A program made the translations under genes and the position numbers. A DNA stretch of 64,000 bases from Escherichia phage EC1-UPM. The notes below the pieces were generated by a model that saw only the letters and a program-made list of their open reading frames with translations, was not told the origin of the DNA and searched no databases. Shown here one piece after another: positions 51,502 to 61,584 of this stretch. Location: the sequence record NC_041906.1; one strand, written 5' to 3'. Every line of letters begins with the position of its first letter. The first letter of the stretch is position 1.

Positions 51502-52008
51502 TTATTCCTGTTCAAAAAGTTTACGGTCAGCCTGAATCTGTTTACCCAACTCAATTAGTTGGCTGTCACGGAGTCTAACAGTTGCTCTGAGTTCTTCAAC
51601 CAAACGTCTGCCTTCTTCAAGATTGTTGTCGAGTCTGGATGCATGGCTTGCAAGACTTCTGCACTCAAAGGTTCCGGCTTCGGCTTGACGTTTATATACC
51701 GATGCTCGTCTTTCAGACTGTTGCATCCGGCTGTCGTAATCACTGCTAACGCGAGCAAGCTCGCTTGCGTAATTACTCTCAGCCGTCTGCAACCGGGAAG
51801 TGAGTAACCCAACTTCATAACTATGGTTTCTTTGGAGAGCATTGTATTTGTCCTGTAATTTTTGCGTTGCCTTTTGGTCTTCAACCTTTTGGGCATCCCA
51901 CTTCTTTTGAACAGTAGACTGCCCATTGGAATTACCCCAAAAGTAAATGGTGGCCCCTAGGACCACCACCAGAAGATAAGGCCAACCTTTAGAGATTAGC
52001 ATCTTCAT
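51502..52008 (-). CDS. i-spanin (Rz-like)
   Basis: N-terminal TM helix ([16 protein letters not shown]) followed by a charged coiled-coil-like periplasmic domain; directly downstream of the endolysin; ORF track start 52029 overlaps the endolysin, internal Met preferred. Confidence 0.55.
   Translation of the reverse strand: MKMLISKGWPYLLVVVLGATIYFWGNSNGQSTVQKKWDAQKVEDQKATQKLQDKYNALQRNHSYEVGLLTSRLQTAESNYASELARVSSDYDSRMQQSERRASVYKRQAEAGTFECRSLASHASRLDNNLEEGRRLVEELRATVRLRDSQLIELGKQIQADRKLFEQE
51555..51818 (-). CDS. o-spanin (Rz1-like) embedded out of frame in the i-spanin gene
   Basis: ORF in a different frame, entirely inside the i-spanin gene; signal peptide with lipobox-like AVITTAGC, Pro-rich mature region (KPKPEP); start chosen at an internal Met of ORF 51555-51926. 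Confidence 0.5.
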   Translation of the reverse strand: MKLGYSLPGCRRLRVITQASLLALAVITTAGCNSLKDEHRYINVKPKPEPLSAEVLQAMHPDSTTILKKADVWLKNSEQLLDSVTAN

Positions 52009-52624
52009 TACATGCCTCCAGTGGCACATTGCCTATTCGGTTAGCTACCCAACCATACGTAAAGTCTGGCATGTTTAATGAGGTGTAGTGGTTCAGTTGT
52101 TTGGCATCAAGTAACTTAATCATTACCTGACATGCTGCAACTTTGCCTCGTTTTTTCTGTAATGCTTTATATGCATTAACAGTACTTGTACCGACTTTAC
52201 CATCAACCTGTATTTTAGGGTAGTCTTTGCCATCACGGGACATTTCGTTAAGAGATAACTGCAACCACTTAGCAGGACGGGTTACACCAGTGTTAACACC
52301 AGCATCAACCAGTTTGTGTGTTACAGCAGGAGATATATCAGCGAAAGCTACGAAGTTAGGCTTAAGTACGTAATCATCAATGTATATCTCAGCAGCCATC
52401 TCTTTAGATAAACCTTTCATAGAACCATCCCAACCATATTCAGTAGCCAGAACTTCTTTATGAGTCTTAGCTACAGATTGGGTAATACCATGATTGGTTT
52501 CCCCACCTGGGTCACGAGGATTGTTTACATATCCTCCTTCCATATAGAACACTGCCCCCAGAATAGCAGCGATAACTCCTCCCACTGCACCACCTTTCGC
52601 AGCAAGTTTCTGTTTAGCTTTCAT
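51989..52624 (-). CDS. endolysin, GH108-type N-acetylmuramidase, possible SAR (signal-anchor-release) type
   Basis: Motif EGGYVNNPRDPGGETNHGIT typical of GH108 muramidases; N-terminal Gly/Ala-rich weakly hydrophobic stretch (GGAVGGVIAAILGAVFY) resembling a SAR domain. Confidence 0.75.
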   Translation of the reverse strand: MKAKQKLAAKGGAVGGVIAAILGAVFYMEGGYVNNPRDPGGETNHGITQSVAKTHKEVLATEYGWDGSMKGLSKEMAAEIYIDDYVLKPNFVAFADISPAVTHKLVDAGVNTGVTRPAKWLQLSLNEMSRDGKDYPKIQVDGKVGTSTVNAYKALQKKRGKVAACQVMIKLLDAKQLNHYTSLNMPDFTYGWVANRIGNVPLEACNEDANL

Positions 52625-52874
52625 GTGAATTTTCCTTTGGACGGAATCGTATCAATCTACCAACGATGTTTAAGGCAAACAATGCGATTGCAATATTGGA
52701 ACCATGGGGAATATCTTCCAGGATGTGACGGGGTAATCCTGTCAGCATTGGTTGAATGATATCTATGGCAGAAAACATAATTAGCCCAAGTGTACTAATC
52801 TGAATGGATGCCCATTTCCAGCATCTTTTCCAATTAGGTACTAACTCTACCTTTCTTTTTAGCCTGCGAACCAT
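52614..52874 (-). CDS. putative holin (two TM helices)
   Basis: Two hydrophobic segments (ASIQISTLGLIMFSAIDII and SNIAIALFALNIVGRLI); immediately upstream of the endolysin; start uncertain (ORF track 52940). Confidence 0.4.
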   Translation of the reverse strand: MVRRLKRKVELVPNWKRCWKWASIQISTLGLIMFSAIDIIQPMLTGLPRHILEDIPHGSNIAIALFALNIVGRLIRFRPKENSHES

Positions 52875-53188
52875 GCGAATATCTCCCGTCTTGTAGCAGC
52901 TAATACACCAATAATTGCACCTGCCCCAGCCCATACCCACTTACCAAAAATTCCAGCACCAACCACTTTATGTTTAATAGTAATGAACTCTTCGATAGTA
53001 GGTTCGTTCTTAGCTAAACTATCCTCCACGTTCTTTAGTCTGTTGCCTATGTCATTGATTGAATCCCGTAGTTCTACCAGAGTTTCCTCTAGTTTCTCAC
53101 GGTCCTGTCTGTCTCTTGCCTGGTTATCAAACAAAGTCTTCAATCGTTCCTCCAGTCTGACTAGGAGCAGTTCACCCGATTCATTCAT
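52859..53188 (-). CDS. membrane protein with N-terminal coiled coil and C-terminal TM helix (holin/antiholin candidate)
   Basis: 109 aa; charged helical N-terminus, C-terminal VVGAGIFGKWVWAGAGAIIGVLAA hydrophobic segment; first gene of the lysis cluster. Confidence 0.4.
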   Translation of the reverse strand: MNESGELLLVRLEERLKTLFDNQARDRQDREKLEETLVELRDSINDIGNRLKNVEDSLAKNEPTIEEFITIKHKVVGAGIFGKWVWAGAGAIIGVLAATRREIFAWFAG

Positions 53189-53387
53189 AATATTACCGTA
53201 GTTGTGTAGTTAGTATTCCCGATAGGGCCATATCATAAGATGACTCTTAGATAATACTTAGTATGATGGGATACATCCAGACATAGTGGATGGTATTCAA
53301 CTGTGTATGTTTAACATATCCGGGCAAGTAATCACCCTAACAGCAGTATCGGTTAGGGTAATGCAAACAATAAACTCTATATAAGAA

Positions 53388-53406
53388 AAGGCCCAAACTG
53401 GGCCTT
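53388..53406 (-). terminator. Rho-independent terminator downstream of the 704-aa tailspike gene
   Basis: AAGGCCCA-aac-TGGGCCTT hairpin; on the - strand it is followed by a T-run; coordinates approximate. Confidence 0.5.
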
Positions 53407-53414
53407 AGTTTTAA

Positions 53415-55529
53415 TTAAATCAATCCGTAAACTACATTATGTATTACGACACCGCCAACAACAGAGGAAACATTAAAATTAATTTCAGCTTTGTAGGCTC
53501 CTTGTGGAACGCAATCAACCAAAGCATAAAAGTTGAACGTGTTTACCACTGGGATGATATATCCTATGGAATCCGCAACAGCATTTCCTTGCTGGTCCAG
53601 GAATCTAATTGACGCCAGGGTGGTTGTTGTATTTTTAGCCCAAAAGCCAAGCTGAAAATAACGACCCGGCTCACAATCAATGATTGTTTGAGTGAAGTTA
53701 GCTGCTGCATCTGCTGATGGTACAGATAAAACAAAAGAAGTTGTAAACATTAAATCATTAGGAACATCGTTTGCTGTAGTAGCAGTGACAGCACCTGTTC
53801 CAGTTTGCGAGAGTGTCCAGTTAGATGTATTTACAAACTGTCCTGAGCCATTACTAATACTATTAATATATGGGCTTACAATGCTCCCTAGACTCCAGTT
53901 AGTTGTAATAAATCCTGCACGAGGGAAGCACCCCCTGGACATTACTTTTTTACTTGCACCGCCTATCAACTGTCTTGTGGCAAATCCAGTAGCAATCGTT
54001 GTGTTACCGTAGAGAGGTAATGAGCAGTTATTTAAACTAACTACCCCGTCACCATTACTAACAATAGGCACTGTACTGTAGCCTTCCGGAAGCAAAATTG
54101 TAGAATCTTTAATACTGAGGCGTGAGCTTCCGCTTACAGTAAAGCCTACAAAGCTCTGCCCAGGTTGATACTCAATATTACCGTTAGCAAATACTAGGGT
54201 AGCATTATCACTTAATGCCACTACTGGATCAAAGTAGCCTGCCTTTTTACCTGCTGGTAATGAGCATGAATCAAAGATGAACTGCCCATTCTCAAAAGTA
54301 AATGGACCCCCATTATCAACCATCCAGCAGTGATTGAATTTTATAACCTCACCAGCATTAGCCGGGGAATTAAAGATTACAGAGTTAGTAAAACTGCGAG
54401 AAATAGTGCACTTATCAAACAGGATACGGTATGCATTATCTTTAAACTCAATACCAGCGGTAGATATAAACCCACAGTTAGCTATACGTAATTCTGCTAT
54501 CCCCCCTCCAGTACTACTGCCCAAACACATCTTTCGGGTACCTTTACCTACAAAGGAAATACCTGTTAATAGGGCAGTAGCATTAATGGCATCACGAGCT
54601 GTGTAATCCGTGTTAGAGTTGATTACGGTTAAGTAATACTCTCCTGTTACACCTTCCACTTCCGTAAGGGTACACTTATTGGCTCCTACTAAAGCCCCCT
54701 TAGCTACATCCAGTAAGATAGGTGTACTAATAGTCCCTGATGTAGGTACAAGACAATCGTAACCGGCAGAGTTTACTTTGTTAATGAACGGAGCAATGTC
54801 TCCCGTACCAGTATAACCTGCATCATATACCGTAGCAGTGCCATCAAAGAACTTACGCTTCCAGACCACACCTGCACCGGTGAAAGTTACAACTTCATCT
54901 ACAGGAGTAGTATTAGGAACCGCAATCATAATACCCCCACCAACGGAAGAGCCTGAGTATGAATCTAGCATTACACTAGACCCTACTGTTGCTCCGATAG
55001 AGGCCAGGGCAGTTACGTCAGGTACACTACCAATCAAGGTCATACCATCCTGAGATGCCAACTGAGCACGCAAAATAGGACCCGTTTGAGACTTCCAGTC
55101 CGTGTTGCCAACAGGGTTGGTCCCTTCAACAATAGTTACAGGTAGAGAACCTAAGTAGGTATAACCAATACCATTATGCATCAAAAGCTCATTTCGAGTA
55201 TTTACTACTAAGCCCGTAGTAAATGATTCAGATAAGCATACAAACTCCCTACGTGCAGCAGCCAGTTCACCTAAATCAACTGTACCTGCTGAATGAACCA
55301 GGACTGCCTGCTCACTGAGACTTACAGCAATGGTTCCTACTGGAAGTACAGGCAATGAGTAAGCACGTTGAGTAGCCTTATCATAAATTACTTTGTATCC
55401 ACCTAAATCTACTCCTACAGAAAAGTAGACTACTTCATTCTGCTTAACACCAAACTTACGGGCAATGGCTTGTTTATTGGTAAGAATACCAGTGGAGCCT
55501 TTACCACCTTGAGAGAACATTTCGTTCAT
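53415..55529 (-). CDS. tailspike-like protein with predicted parallel beta-helix (polysaccharide depolymerase candidate)
   Basis: 704 aa, Gly/Ser/Thr/Asn-rich repetitive strands (e.g. NCGFISTAGIEFKDNAYRILFDKCTISRSFTNSVIFNS); N-terminal ~60 aa resemble an internal segment of the adjacent 930-aa protein. Confidence 0.55.
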   Translation of the reverse strand: MNEMFSQGGKGSTGILTNKQAIARKFGVKQNEVVYFSVGVDLGGYKVIYDKATQRAYSLPVLPVGTIAVSLSEQAVLVHSAGTVDLGELAAARREFVCLSESFTTGLVVNTRNELLMHNGIGYTYLGSLPVTIVEGTNPVGNTDWKSQTGPILRAQLASQDGMTLIGSVPDVTALASIGATVGSSVMLDSYSGSSVGGGIMIAVPNTTPVDEVVTFTGAGVVWKRKFFDGTATVYDAGYTGTGDIAPFINKVNSAGYDCLVPTSGTISTPILLDVAKGALVGANKCTLTEVEGVTGEYYLTVINSNTDYTARDAINATALLTGISFVGKGTRKMCLGSSTGGGIAELRIANCGFISTAGIEFKDNAYRILFDKCTISRSFTNSVIFNSPANAGEVIKFNHCWMVDNGGPFTFENGQFIFDSCSLPAGKKAGYFDPVVALSDNATLVFANGNIEYQPGQSFVGFTVSGSSRLSIKDSTILLPEGYSTVPIVSNGDGVVSLNNCSLPLYGNTTIATGFATRQLIGGASKKVMSRGCFPRAGFITTNWSLGSIVSPYINSISNGSGQFVNTSNWTLSQTGTGAVTATTANDVPNDLMFTTSFVLSVPSADAAANFTQTIIDCEPGRYFQLGFWAKNTTTTLASIRFLDQQGNAVADSIGYIIPVVNTFNFYALVDCVPQGAYKAEINFNVSSVVGGVVIHNVVYGLI

Positions 55530-55551
55530 AAGTACCTCTTTGTTTTTCTAG

Positions 55552-55575
55552 AAAACCCCGCCGAAGCGGGGTTTT
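55552..55575 (-). terminator. Rho-independent terminator/attenuator between the two tailspike genes
   Basis: AAAACCCCGC-ttcg-GCGGGGTTTT perfect hairpin; on the - strand it lies ~240 nt after the 930-aa gene stop and ~25 nt before the 704-aa gene start codon. Confidence 0.55.
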
Positions 55576-55812
55576 ACTGTTGTTGTTGTTATACTGTTCC
55601 AGCAACATCAGGAGGAGTTTGCCTACTAGCGTAAACTGTTGTGTTTCCTGTTGGCGTTGCTTTTCCTGATCCATCTGTATACCAGCAGTATATCCTCACA
55701 ACCAGACCAATTCTAACCTGCGTAAAGAATTTGGTTCTATCGTTAACTGGTTCTAAAGTAACAGTTACTTGCTTATTACCTCGAAACGGAAACTGCTAAA
55801 CAGGCCTGTTAC

Positions 55813-58605
55813 TTAGATCTCTTTAACAATCAAAACCAATTCCGCAGCTGTTATACCAGCGGCGCCAGTATTGCCTAAAGTAGCCATGATGTTAACAGTG
55901 TTACCTGATACAGAGCTAGTTAACGTACATGTCCCTGCATTGGTGCTAGTTCCCGCATCACCCGCCACTGAACTCTCTGAATATTCCAGTATGTTAACAC
56001 GCGCCGCTCCAGAAGTTTTAGCTGCTAGAACGCTGGCCCTCTTCATTAGTAGACCTGCACCGTTGCCCGTTTTATTTTTGCAAACCAACTGCATATCGTA
56101 TGCAGCCTGTGAATAATTGGGGATTGTAAAACTGAATATCGTGGTAGCAACTCCGACCGAAAGGTTAGTGATCGAGCGCCTGCCTGTATCGTTAACTTCC
56201 ACTGCTGACGGTACACCCGCACCAAGTGTTAAACTCAGAGACTGAATTTCCGTAGCGGTACCAACTTTGCCGTCAAATATGATTTCAATCACATCACCGG
56301 CATCAGCTTTGAAGGTGGTCGTACTAAACCCACTATGTTCAATGAGGTCATATGTCCTGCCTCCTCCTTTTGTTGTATTAGCTATTGCTGTAGATTCCAG
56401 GCCAGCCCCTGTTTCCTTTAAGTTTGCAGAAATTGTCCACTCACCACTACAAGGCAACGGTAAAGAGAGAATTCTTATGATCTCTTCGCCAGCAACTGTC
56501 CGTTTAAATCTTGGAAGGTAACTAAGTGAGCCAGCTGGAATGTACCGACTATTCTTTATGCCGCCAGACTGCATTCCGATATTTGCAGTTGGTGTCGTGT
56601 AAGGTCGAGCATCTCTTGCAGGAACCCTTGCCCCTACAACGTCAAACGTAGTTACTTCGTTGGAGCCATCAGCAAACCATTTAGAGCCGGAATCAATAAA
56701 GCCACCAACCCAAACGACAGCCCACGTGATATGAGGGTCTACTACCTTAAAGACAGCAGTATAACTGGCGTCACATCCAATAAAGGTGGTTCCTGAGAAA
56801 ACAGCTTTGTGATTTGGCGTCTCGTAGAAATAAAAAATTGCTTCATCCGTATCTAAGCGCCTGCGCAACTCACAACTGTCGAACACGTTGCTATTAAAGT
56901 TGGCGCTGTCAATGTCAGTTTTTGCATACATGCCCGCGAAGCGGCATTCGTTAAATTTGTTCCAGTAAATGGAGTAAGTTGCCCGCCCTAATTCTTCCCA
57001 GCGTCCAAACCTTGTGGCACCGAAATCAATATCTGAAAACGTGCAGTTCCGCACATCCATAAGCGTTACATATTCACTTACAGAGAATTTCAAACCGGAT
57101 GCTTTTACTTTGCGCCATCCCAGTAATGTAACTGAGTTGCCAGTAATAATGGCGCCGTTACCGTGGACAACCGAAACTTGTTGCTCACCGTAGGCGCTCT
57201 TATCCAAAGTCAAATCAGTTACTTTGTAAGTTCCTGCTGGTATAAAAATAGAAGCACATGTTGCGAATGCTTTTTGAAAAGCCGCAGTATCGTCATTTAC
57301 ACCGTCACCAACCGCGCCAAAATCTTTAACACTAACCATCTCAGCATTCTTATCATGCTGAGTTCGAACAACGGAACCAGTGAATGGTTGCTTTACTGTA
57401 AGAAGATTATCACCCAGCTCTAAATCCTCAGATGCTAAGTCTGCTCTTAGAGCAATCCCAGAATTAGGCACAGGAACCAAATCAACAGTAATATTCCCAG
57501 GAGAATATGTTAACTGCCCATTAGATACTGAGTTGATATAAATGTTAGAAGGCAACGCCGGTAATCCATATGCCTTCTGCTCACTGATAGAATAAATAAC
57601 CTTTTTACCATTCAGTAATTGGGTAGTATCAGTACTAAGAATTACCTCACTATCTTTGACGTTAGTAGCACGGGCAACTTCCTGAAGAGTATGGTCTGAT
57701 GATTCCAGCACCTGCACTTCACCGCCAATCTGTACGATTAATCGGTCATTGGTTGCCAGTGGCTCAGTAAGAAGGATACGTTGGTTATCTGGGTCAGCAG
57801 TATATGACTCAGTAGTTAATCCTTTATACAAACGAAGCCCATTCTTATACACAGCAGGAACGGACTGGAAGGTATAAGGAATTGCAATAACCTGCTCACC
57901 GCCTACAGCAGCCCCATTGTTGTATAACCAGTTAATCTGAACCCAGTCATTAACATTAGGGTTATCTGGTACAGCAGGAACCCCAGTCAGAAGGAATACT
58001 ACTTCATCACCTTCTTCCAGAGGCTGAGCCAGGGTTACGGACAGACTATCTGCGTTAAATTCAAAGCCACGGCCTACATACTGCATGTCCCCATTAATAA
58101 TAATGAAAGGCACACCTACAGTACCATCTGGTACATTAATGGAAGTTTCACCACCAGTAGCAGAACCATTGCTGTATACCCAAGGGATATATGCACCTTC
58201 ACCAGAGTAAGTACCACCACTAGAAGAACCAGAAGTAGCAACAGTAATCCATGAACCAGTTGCTTCTGGGTCATCTGGGGTAATGCCAGTACGGTCACCC
58301 TCTACATAAAGGTAGTCAGTAACCTGACGGTCACCTGCACGAGAGAAGCCATAGATACGTGCATACTTAGCTTTGGTAGTTAAAGCTTTAAGTTCTGCTT
58401 CAGACTGTACACCAAGAACCATCCCATACTGGTTCAGGAAATCATAGATAAGTTTAAGATTGCCTAAGTTACAGTAGACAGTACGAACCACATGGTAAGC
58501 ATTACCAAGTAGTGCATCTACCATTGGGTCATTGGAACTGTTCTGACAGTAAGGATTAGACCAATCCTTCTTTGCATCAAAGGGGGTATGTGCGTTCATC
58601 GCCAT
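55813..58605 (-). CDS. tail fiber/tailspike protein with pectate-lyase-like beta-helix domain
   Basis: 930 aa; motif VSVKDFGAVGDGVNDDTAAFQKAF typical of pectate-lyase-superfamily beta-helix enzymes; shares a ~45-aa segment with the 704-aa protein. Confidence 0.6.
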   Translation of the reverse strand: MAMNAHTPFDAKKDWSNPYCQNSSNDPMVDALLGNAYHVVRTVYCNLGNLKLIYDFLNQYGMVLGVQSEAELKALTTKAKYARIYGFSRAGDRQVTDYLYVEGDRTGITPDDPEATGSWITVATSGSSSGGTYSGEGAYIPWVYSNGSATGGETSINVPDGTVGVPFIIINGDMQYVGRGFEFNADSLSVTLAQPLEEGDEVVFLLTGVPAVPDNPNVNDWVQINWLYNNGAAVGGEQVIAIPYTFQSVPAVYKNGLRLYKGLTTESYTADPDNQRILLTEPLATNDRLIVQIGGEVQVLESSDHTLQEVARATNVKDSEVILSTDTTQLLNGKKVIYSISEQKAYGLPALPSNIYINSVSNGQLTYSPGNITVDLVPVPNSGIALRADLASEDLELGDNLLTVKQPFTGSVVRTQHDKNAEMVSVKDFGAVGDGVNDDTAAFQKAFATCASIFIPAGTYKVTDLTLDKSAYGEQQVSVVHGNGAIITGNSVTLLGWRKVKASGLKFSVSEYVTLMDVRNCTFSDIDFGATRFGRWEELGRATYSIYWNKFNECRFAGMYAKTDIDSANFNSNVFDSCELRRRLDTDEAIFYFYETPNHKAVFSGTTFIGCDASYTAVFKVVDPHITWAVVWVGGFIDSGSKWFADGSNEVTTFDVVGARVPARDARPYTTPTANIGMQSGGIKNSRYIPAGSLSYLPRFKRTVAGEEIIRILSLPLPCSGEWTISANLKETGAGLESTAIANTTKGGGRTYDLIEHSGFSTTTFKADAGDVIEIIFDGKVGTATEIQSLSLTLGAGVPSAVEVNDTGRRSITNLSVGVATTIFSFTIPNYSQAAYDMQLVCKNKTGNGAGLLMKRASVLAAKTSGAARVNILEYSESSVAGDAGTSTNAGTCTLTSSVSGNTVNIMATLGNTGAAGITAAELVLIVKEI

Positions 58606-59306
58606 CCTCGTTGTTCAAATTTAGTTTCGGTAATTGAAATACTTCCATTAGCTAGGTCGTAATCAACAACCTCACCACAGATGCTTTCATACGTTTGCAG
58701 ATACTCTGCTGCCTTAGCATTAGCTTCAGGAGTATTCAAACCAGTATGGTAACGATAACCCACCCAGTTATGAAGTGCTGTCATTAGTGTGTCTGCTAAG
58801 TCAACTTCCTGTTCTTCATCACCCGTAAGCACTGGGTGCTTAGCTTGATAAGTTACGTTAAGTGCCTCGAAGTGTCGAGGACGCATACACTGAATAGTAT
58901 CCGGTCTTGGAGTAAAGATTGCATGAGGGTCTGAGTCGTCGTTAAGTCTACGTCGATTCCCCGAGGTATCAAACACATTTAAGATTTTAATAACGTCATC
59001 CTGGAAAGGTTTCATGAACCCATCCATGATATAAGGATATTGAACCTCAAGAGTAGGCTTAGTAAATCTGGAGTAAGCATACTTAGATTGGAGAGGATAA
59101 TCAGTACGACCTTCTTTCATTTCCACAATACAACTATTAGTCCTAAGAGGGAAACGACTATGCAGACGTACCAGCCCCTCATTAATAGCAGCTAATATCT
59201 CAGGCTTACTATCTGGTTCAATATCTAATCTGTCATCAGTGACTGCACCAGTACCCTTTAAGGTACTTAGTGCCAAGCCACGATATACTTCCGATAATTT
59301 TTGCAT
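58596..59306 (-). CDS. virion-associated protein (N4 gp67-like position)
   Basis: 236-aa ORF between terminase and tail fiber genes. Confidence 0.45.
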   Translation of the reverse strand: MQKLSEVYRGLALSTLKGTGAVTDDRLDIEPDSKPEILAAINEGLVRLHSRFPLRTNSCIVEMKEGRTDYPLQSKYAYSRFTKPTLEVQYPYIMDGFMKPFQDDVIKILNVFDTSGNRRRLNDDSDPHAIFTPRPDTIQCMRPRHFEALNVTYQAKHPVLTGDEEQEVDLADTLMTALHNWVGYRYHTGLNTPEANAKAAEYLQTYESICGEVVDYDLANGSISITETKFEQRGWR

Positions 59307-59312
59307 GGTTCC

Positions 59313-60923
59313 TCACACAATGTATGAACGTAGTGGGTTAACACTATCTACTTCTTCGTCATCCCACATTGGGTCGCCTTTGTTATCCACCATAGTCATA
59401 CCCGCTTGTGGTTTCCAAGGATTGAGATAACCCAGCATGGAGATAGTATCAATACAGTCATCCTTACCTTTGATTCCATTAATGGTAGCTAGTTTAATCT
59501 GGCCCATGAACAGACCCATAATAGTTGAATCTCTCAACTCTTCCGGGAAGTACATCTTACCAGCTTTGAACCATGGAACTACCAGGTTAAAGCGTGACAG
59601 CTTAGAGGTTACAGGACGTATGCCTGGCTTACCACCTTCAGAGGATGCAAAGTTAAAGAAGACATTACGGTTAATCATTTCTTTCTGAAGGAGTGAAATG
59701 AATCCACCTTGCTGCCCTGTGATTTCGACCCCAACGTTTTGTGGCTGGTATTCTTGAACCAGACGGAACAGGTCATCAAAGTTTTTATCCATAAGCTGGC
59801 GATTAGCCACACCATCAACCCAGAACCAATCTCCATTAGAACTATAAGCCCAAACTGATATGACACTGTAGTCACTGGTCTGTTTCTCCGAAGTAGCAAA
59901 GTCGGTTGTAATGTAATAGTTGTAGCAGGTCTTCATCCTTAATAGTTGCTGTCTGCTATACCATCTAATTTCACTATCCTGAACCAGTCTCTCATCTTCA
60001 GAGCTAATACGAAGCATAAGTTCCTGATAGAAGCCTGCCAGCTTACCAGTCTTAACTGCCATATCGTATTGGGCTTTGATGTAGTCGTAAGAGAAACGGT
60101 CATCCCATGCACCCTGAAATTCTTCCCTACTACATGGGAACTTCTCACATACAGGCCATACGTTGACATCCCATGCACCAGACTCAACAGCTTCAATGAT
60201 TATGTCTTCCTTATTAAAGGGAGTACCATTGAAGATTACTTTGCGACGGGTTGGGTCAAGAGCATGGTTCACACCTTTATAAACGGTGTCTTTAATAGCT
60301 TCCATACTCGTCTTGGAGTTAGCATCACCATCACTAATCAAGTCATCCAGTACACAGAGTGTAGGGCGTTTACCGTATATCTTCGTACCACGAAGACCTG
60401 TCTTAGCACCAAACAGCTTAACACCAAGACGATGTCCTTCTACATTACGGAACTCTAATAGGTTATCCGTAAAAGTAGCTTCTGGTATCCATTGCTGGAG
60501 GAACTCACTATTCTTGTAACGAAACTCAATGTTCTTACGTGCAGACTTAGCACCGTTATCCATTGAGTCAGACACGTAAATCATTCCTTCTACCTTACCC
60601 AGACTTGGTAAGTGCCCAAACACTGCCAGGAACAAAGTAAAGTATTCCATGAACACAGCAGTCTTACCTGCACCACGGAAGCACAGATTAACTACATACT
60701 GGTTCGGGCTAATCATCTTATCCAACATCTTCAAGTGAACTGGAGGTGTTTTGTTGGATTCACCTTCTTTACCATTGACCAACTTAATAAAGTTGGCAAA
60801 GGTAAGAGCAAACTGACTAGGAACATAGTTAGAAGAATTTAGATGGGAGTAATCCACCTGGTCTAGCCATTCATCCAGCTCCTGTTTAATTAACTCAGAC
60901 ATCTGTAATGTCCTCATCTGCAC
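59313..60923 (-). CDS. terminase large subunit
   Basis: 536 aa; Walker A-like FRGAGKT, Walker B-like PTLCVLDD, C-terminal acidic nuclease-type region; position at the start of the late operon. Confidence 0.75.
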   Translation of the reverse strand: MQMRTLQMSELIKQELDEWLDQVDYSHLNSSNYVPSQFALTFANFIKLVNGKEGESNKTPPVHLKMLDKMISPNQYVVNLCFRGAGKTAVFMEYFTLFLAVFGHLPSLGKVEGMIYVSDSMDNGAKSARKNIEFRYKNSEFLQQWIPEATFTDNLLEFRNVEGHRLGVKLFGAKTGLRGTKIYGKRPTLCVLDDLISDGDANSKTSMEAIKDTVYKGVNHALDPTRRKVIFNGTPFNKEDIIIEAVESGAWDVNVWPVCEKFPCSREEFQGAWDDRFSYDYIKAQYDMAVKTGKLAGFYQELMLRISSEDERLVQDSEIRWYSRQQLLRMKTCYNYYITTDFATSEKQTSDYSVISVWAYSSNGDWFWVDGVANRQLMDKNFDDLFRLVQEYQPQNVGVEITGQQGGFISLLQKEMINRNVFFNFASSEGGKPGIRPVTSKLSRFNLVVPWFKAGKMYFPEELRDSTIMGLFMGQIKLATINGIKGKDDCIDTISMLGYLNPWKPQAGMTMVDNKGDPMWDDEEVDSVNPLRSYIV

Positions 60924-61584
60924 GTACTAGTTTAGAACCAGCAACCTCTTTGGTGGGTACACCACTATTGATTGCATTAATTTGCTGCTCAGCTAATGCA
61001 GCAAGTGTTGCCTTGAGGTCAGTTAATCCAGAGTTCTCTCTTAAGTCCAGATTGATATTTGTTACCTGGTCTTTTGGTTTAGCTAAGTGAGTAAGGATAG
61101 AGTTAGCTGCATCACATCTTACTTTCTCACTTGCTGCTGTAGTCATCAGTTCAACCTGTACGTTGATTGCCTTCTGATAATTGTCCTGGTTCACAATCCA
61201 CACTGGAACCAAACTTTGTTCCATGATGAGATTAACTAACTTACCCCTGTGATAAGCAGATACATAAGCACTAATATCTTTCTCACTGGTTCCTCGTGCT
61301 ACGAGTTCTGCTTGTCGGTTAGGGAATGTCTTAAAGTAGGCTTCCTTGTTTGAGTAACCCATGTGTTTGTAAGTCACATACTGAACTGCATTCATGTAGT
61401 CCTGTGTCTTAAACTTACCTTCCTTCATAACACCAGAGTAGGAGATAAAGTTTTCACGGAAGGACTCAGCAACCAGTTGGTCTTGGGTAATGTTGTTAAT
61501 TGTGTCTACCAACTCCTGGGTCACACTGTTTTTGAAGTTAGCAGGTAGTGCATTAATAATCTGCTGCTTAGTAAGTTCACTCAT
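60895..61584 (-). CDS. putative terminase small subunit / packaging protein (N4 gp69-like position)
   Basis: 229-aa ORF overlapping the start of the large terminase gene; first gene of the - strand block. Confidence 0.45.
   Translation of the reverse strand: MSELTKQQIINALPANFKNSVTQELVDTINNITQDQLVAESFRENFISYSGVMKEGKFKTQDYMNAVQYVTYKHMGYSNKEAYFKTFPNRQAELVARGTSEKDISAYVSAYHRGKLVNLIMEQSLVPVWIVNQDNYQKAINVQVELMTTAASEKVRCDAANSILTHLAKPKDQVTNINLDLRENSGLTDLKATLAALAEQQINAINSGVPTKEVAGSKLVRADEDITDV

Noticed and set aside
58116-58298. Leu/Val-rich 60-aa ORF on the - strand (MTVLALPQMTQKQLVHGLLLLLLVLLVVVL...)
   Set aside because: Lies in an alternative frame inside the 930-aa tail fiber gene; the hydrophobic run is a translation artefact of the fiber gene's Gly/Thr-rich codons.
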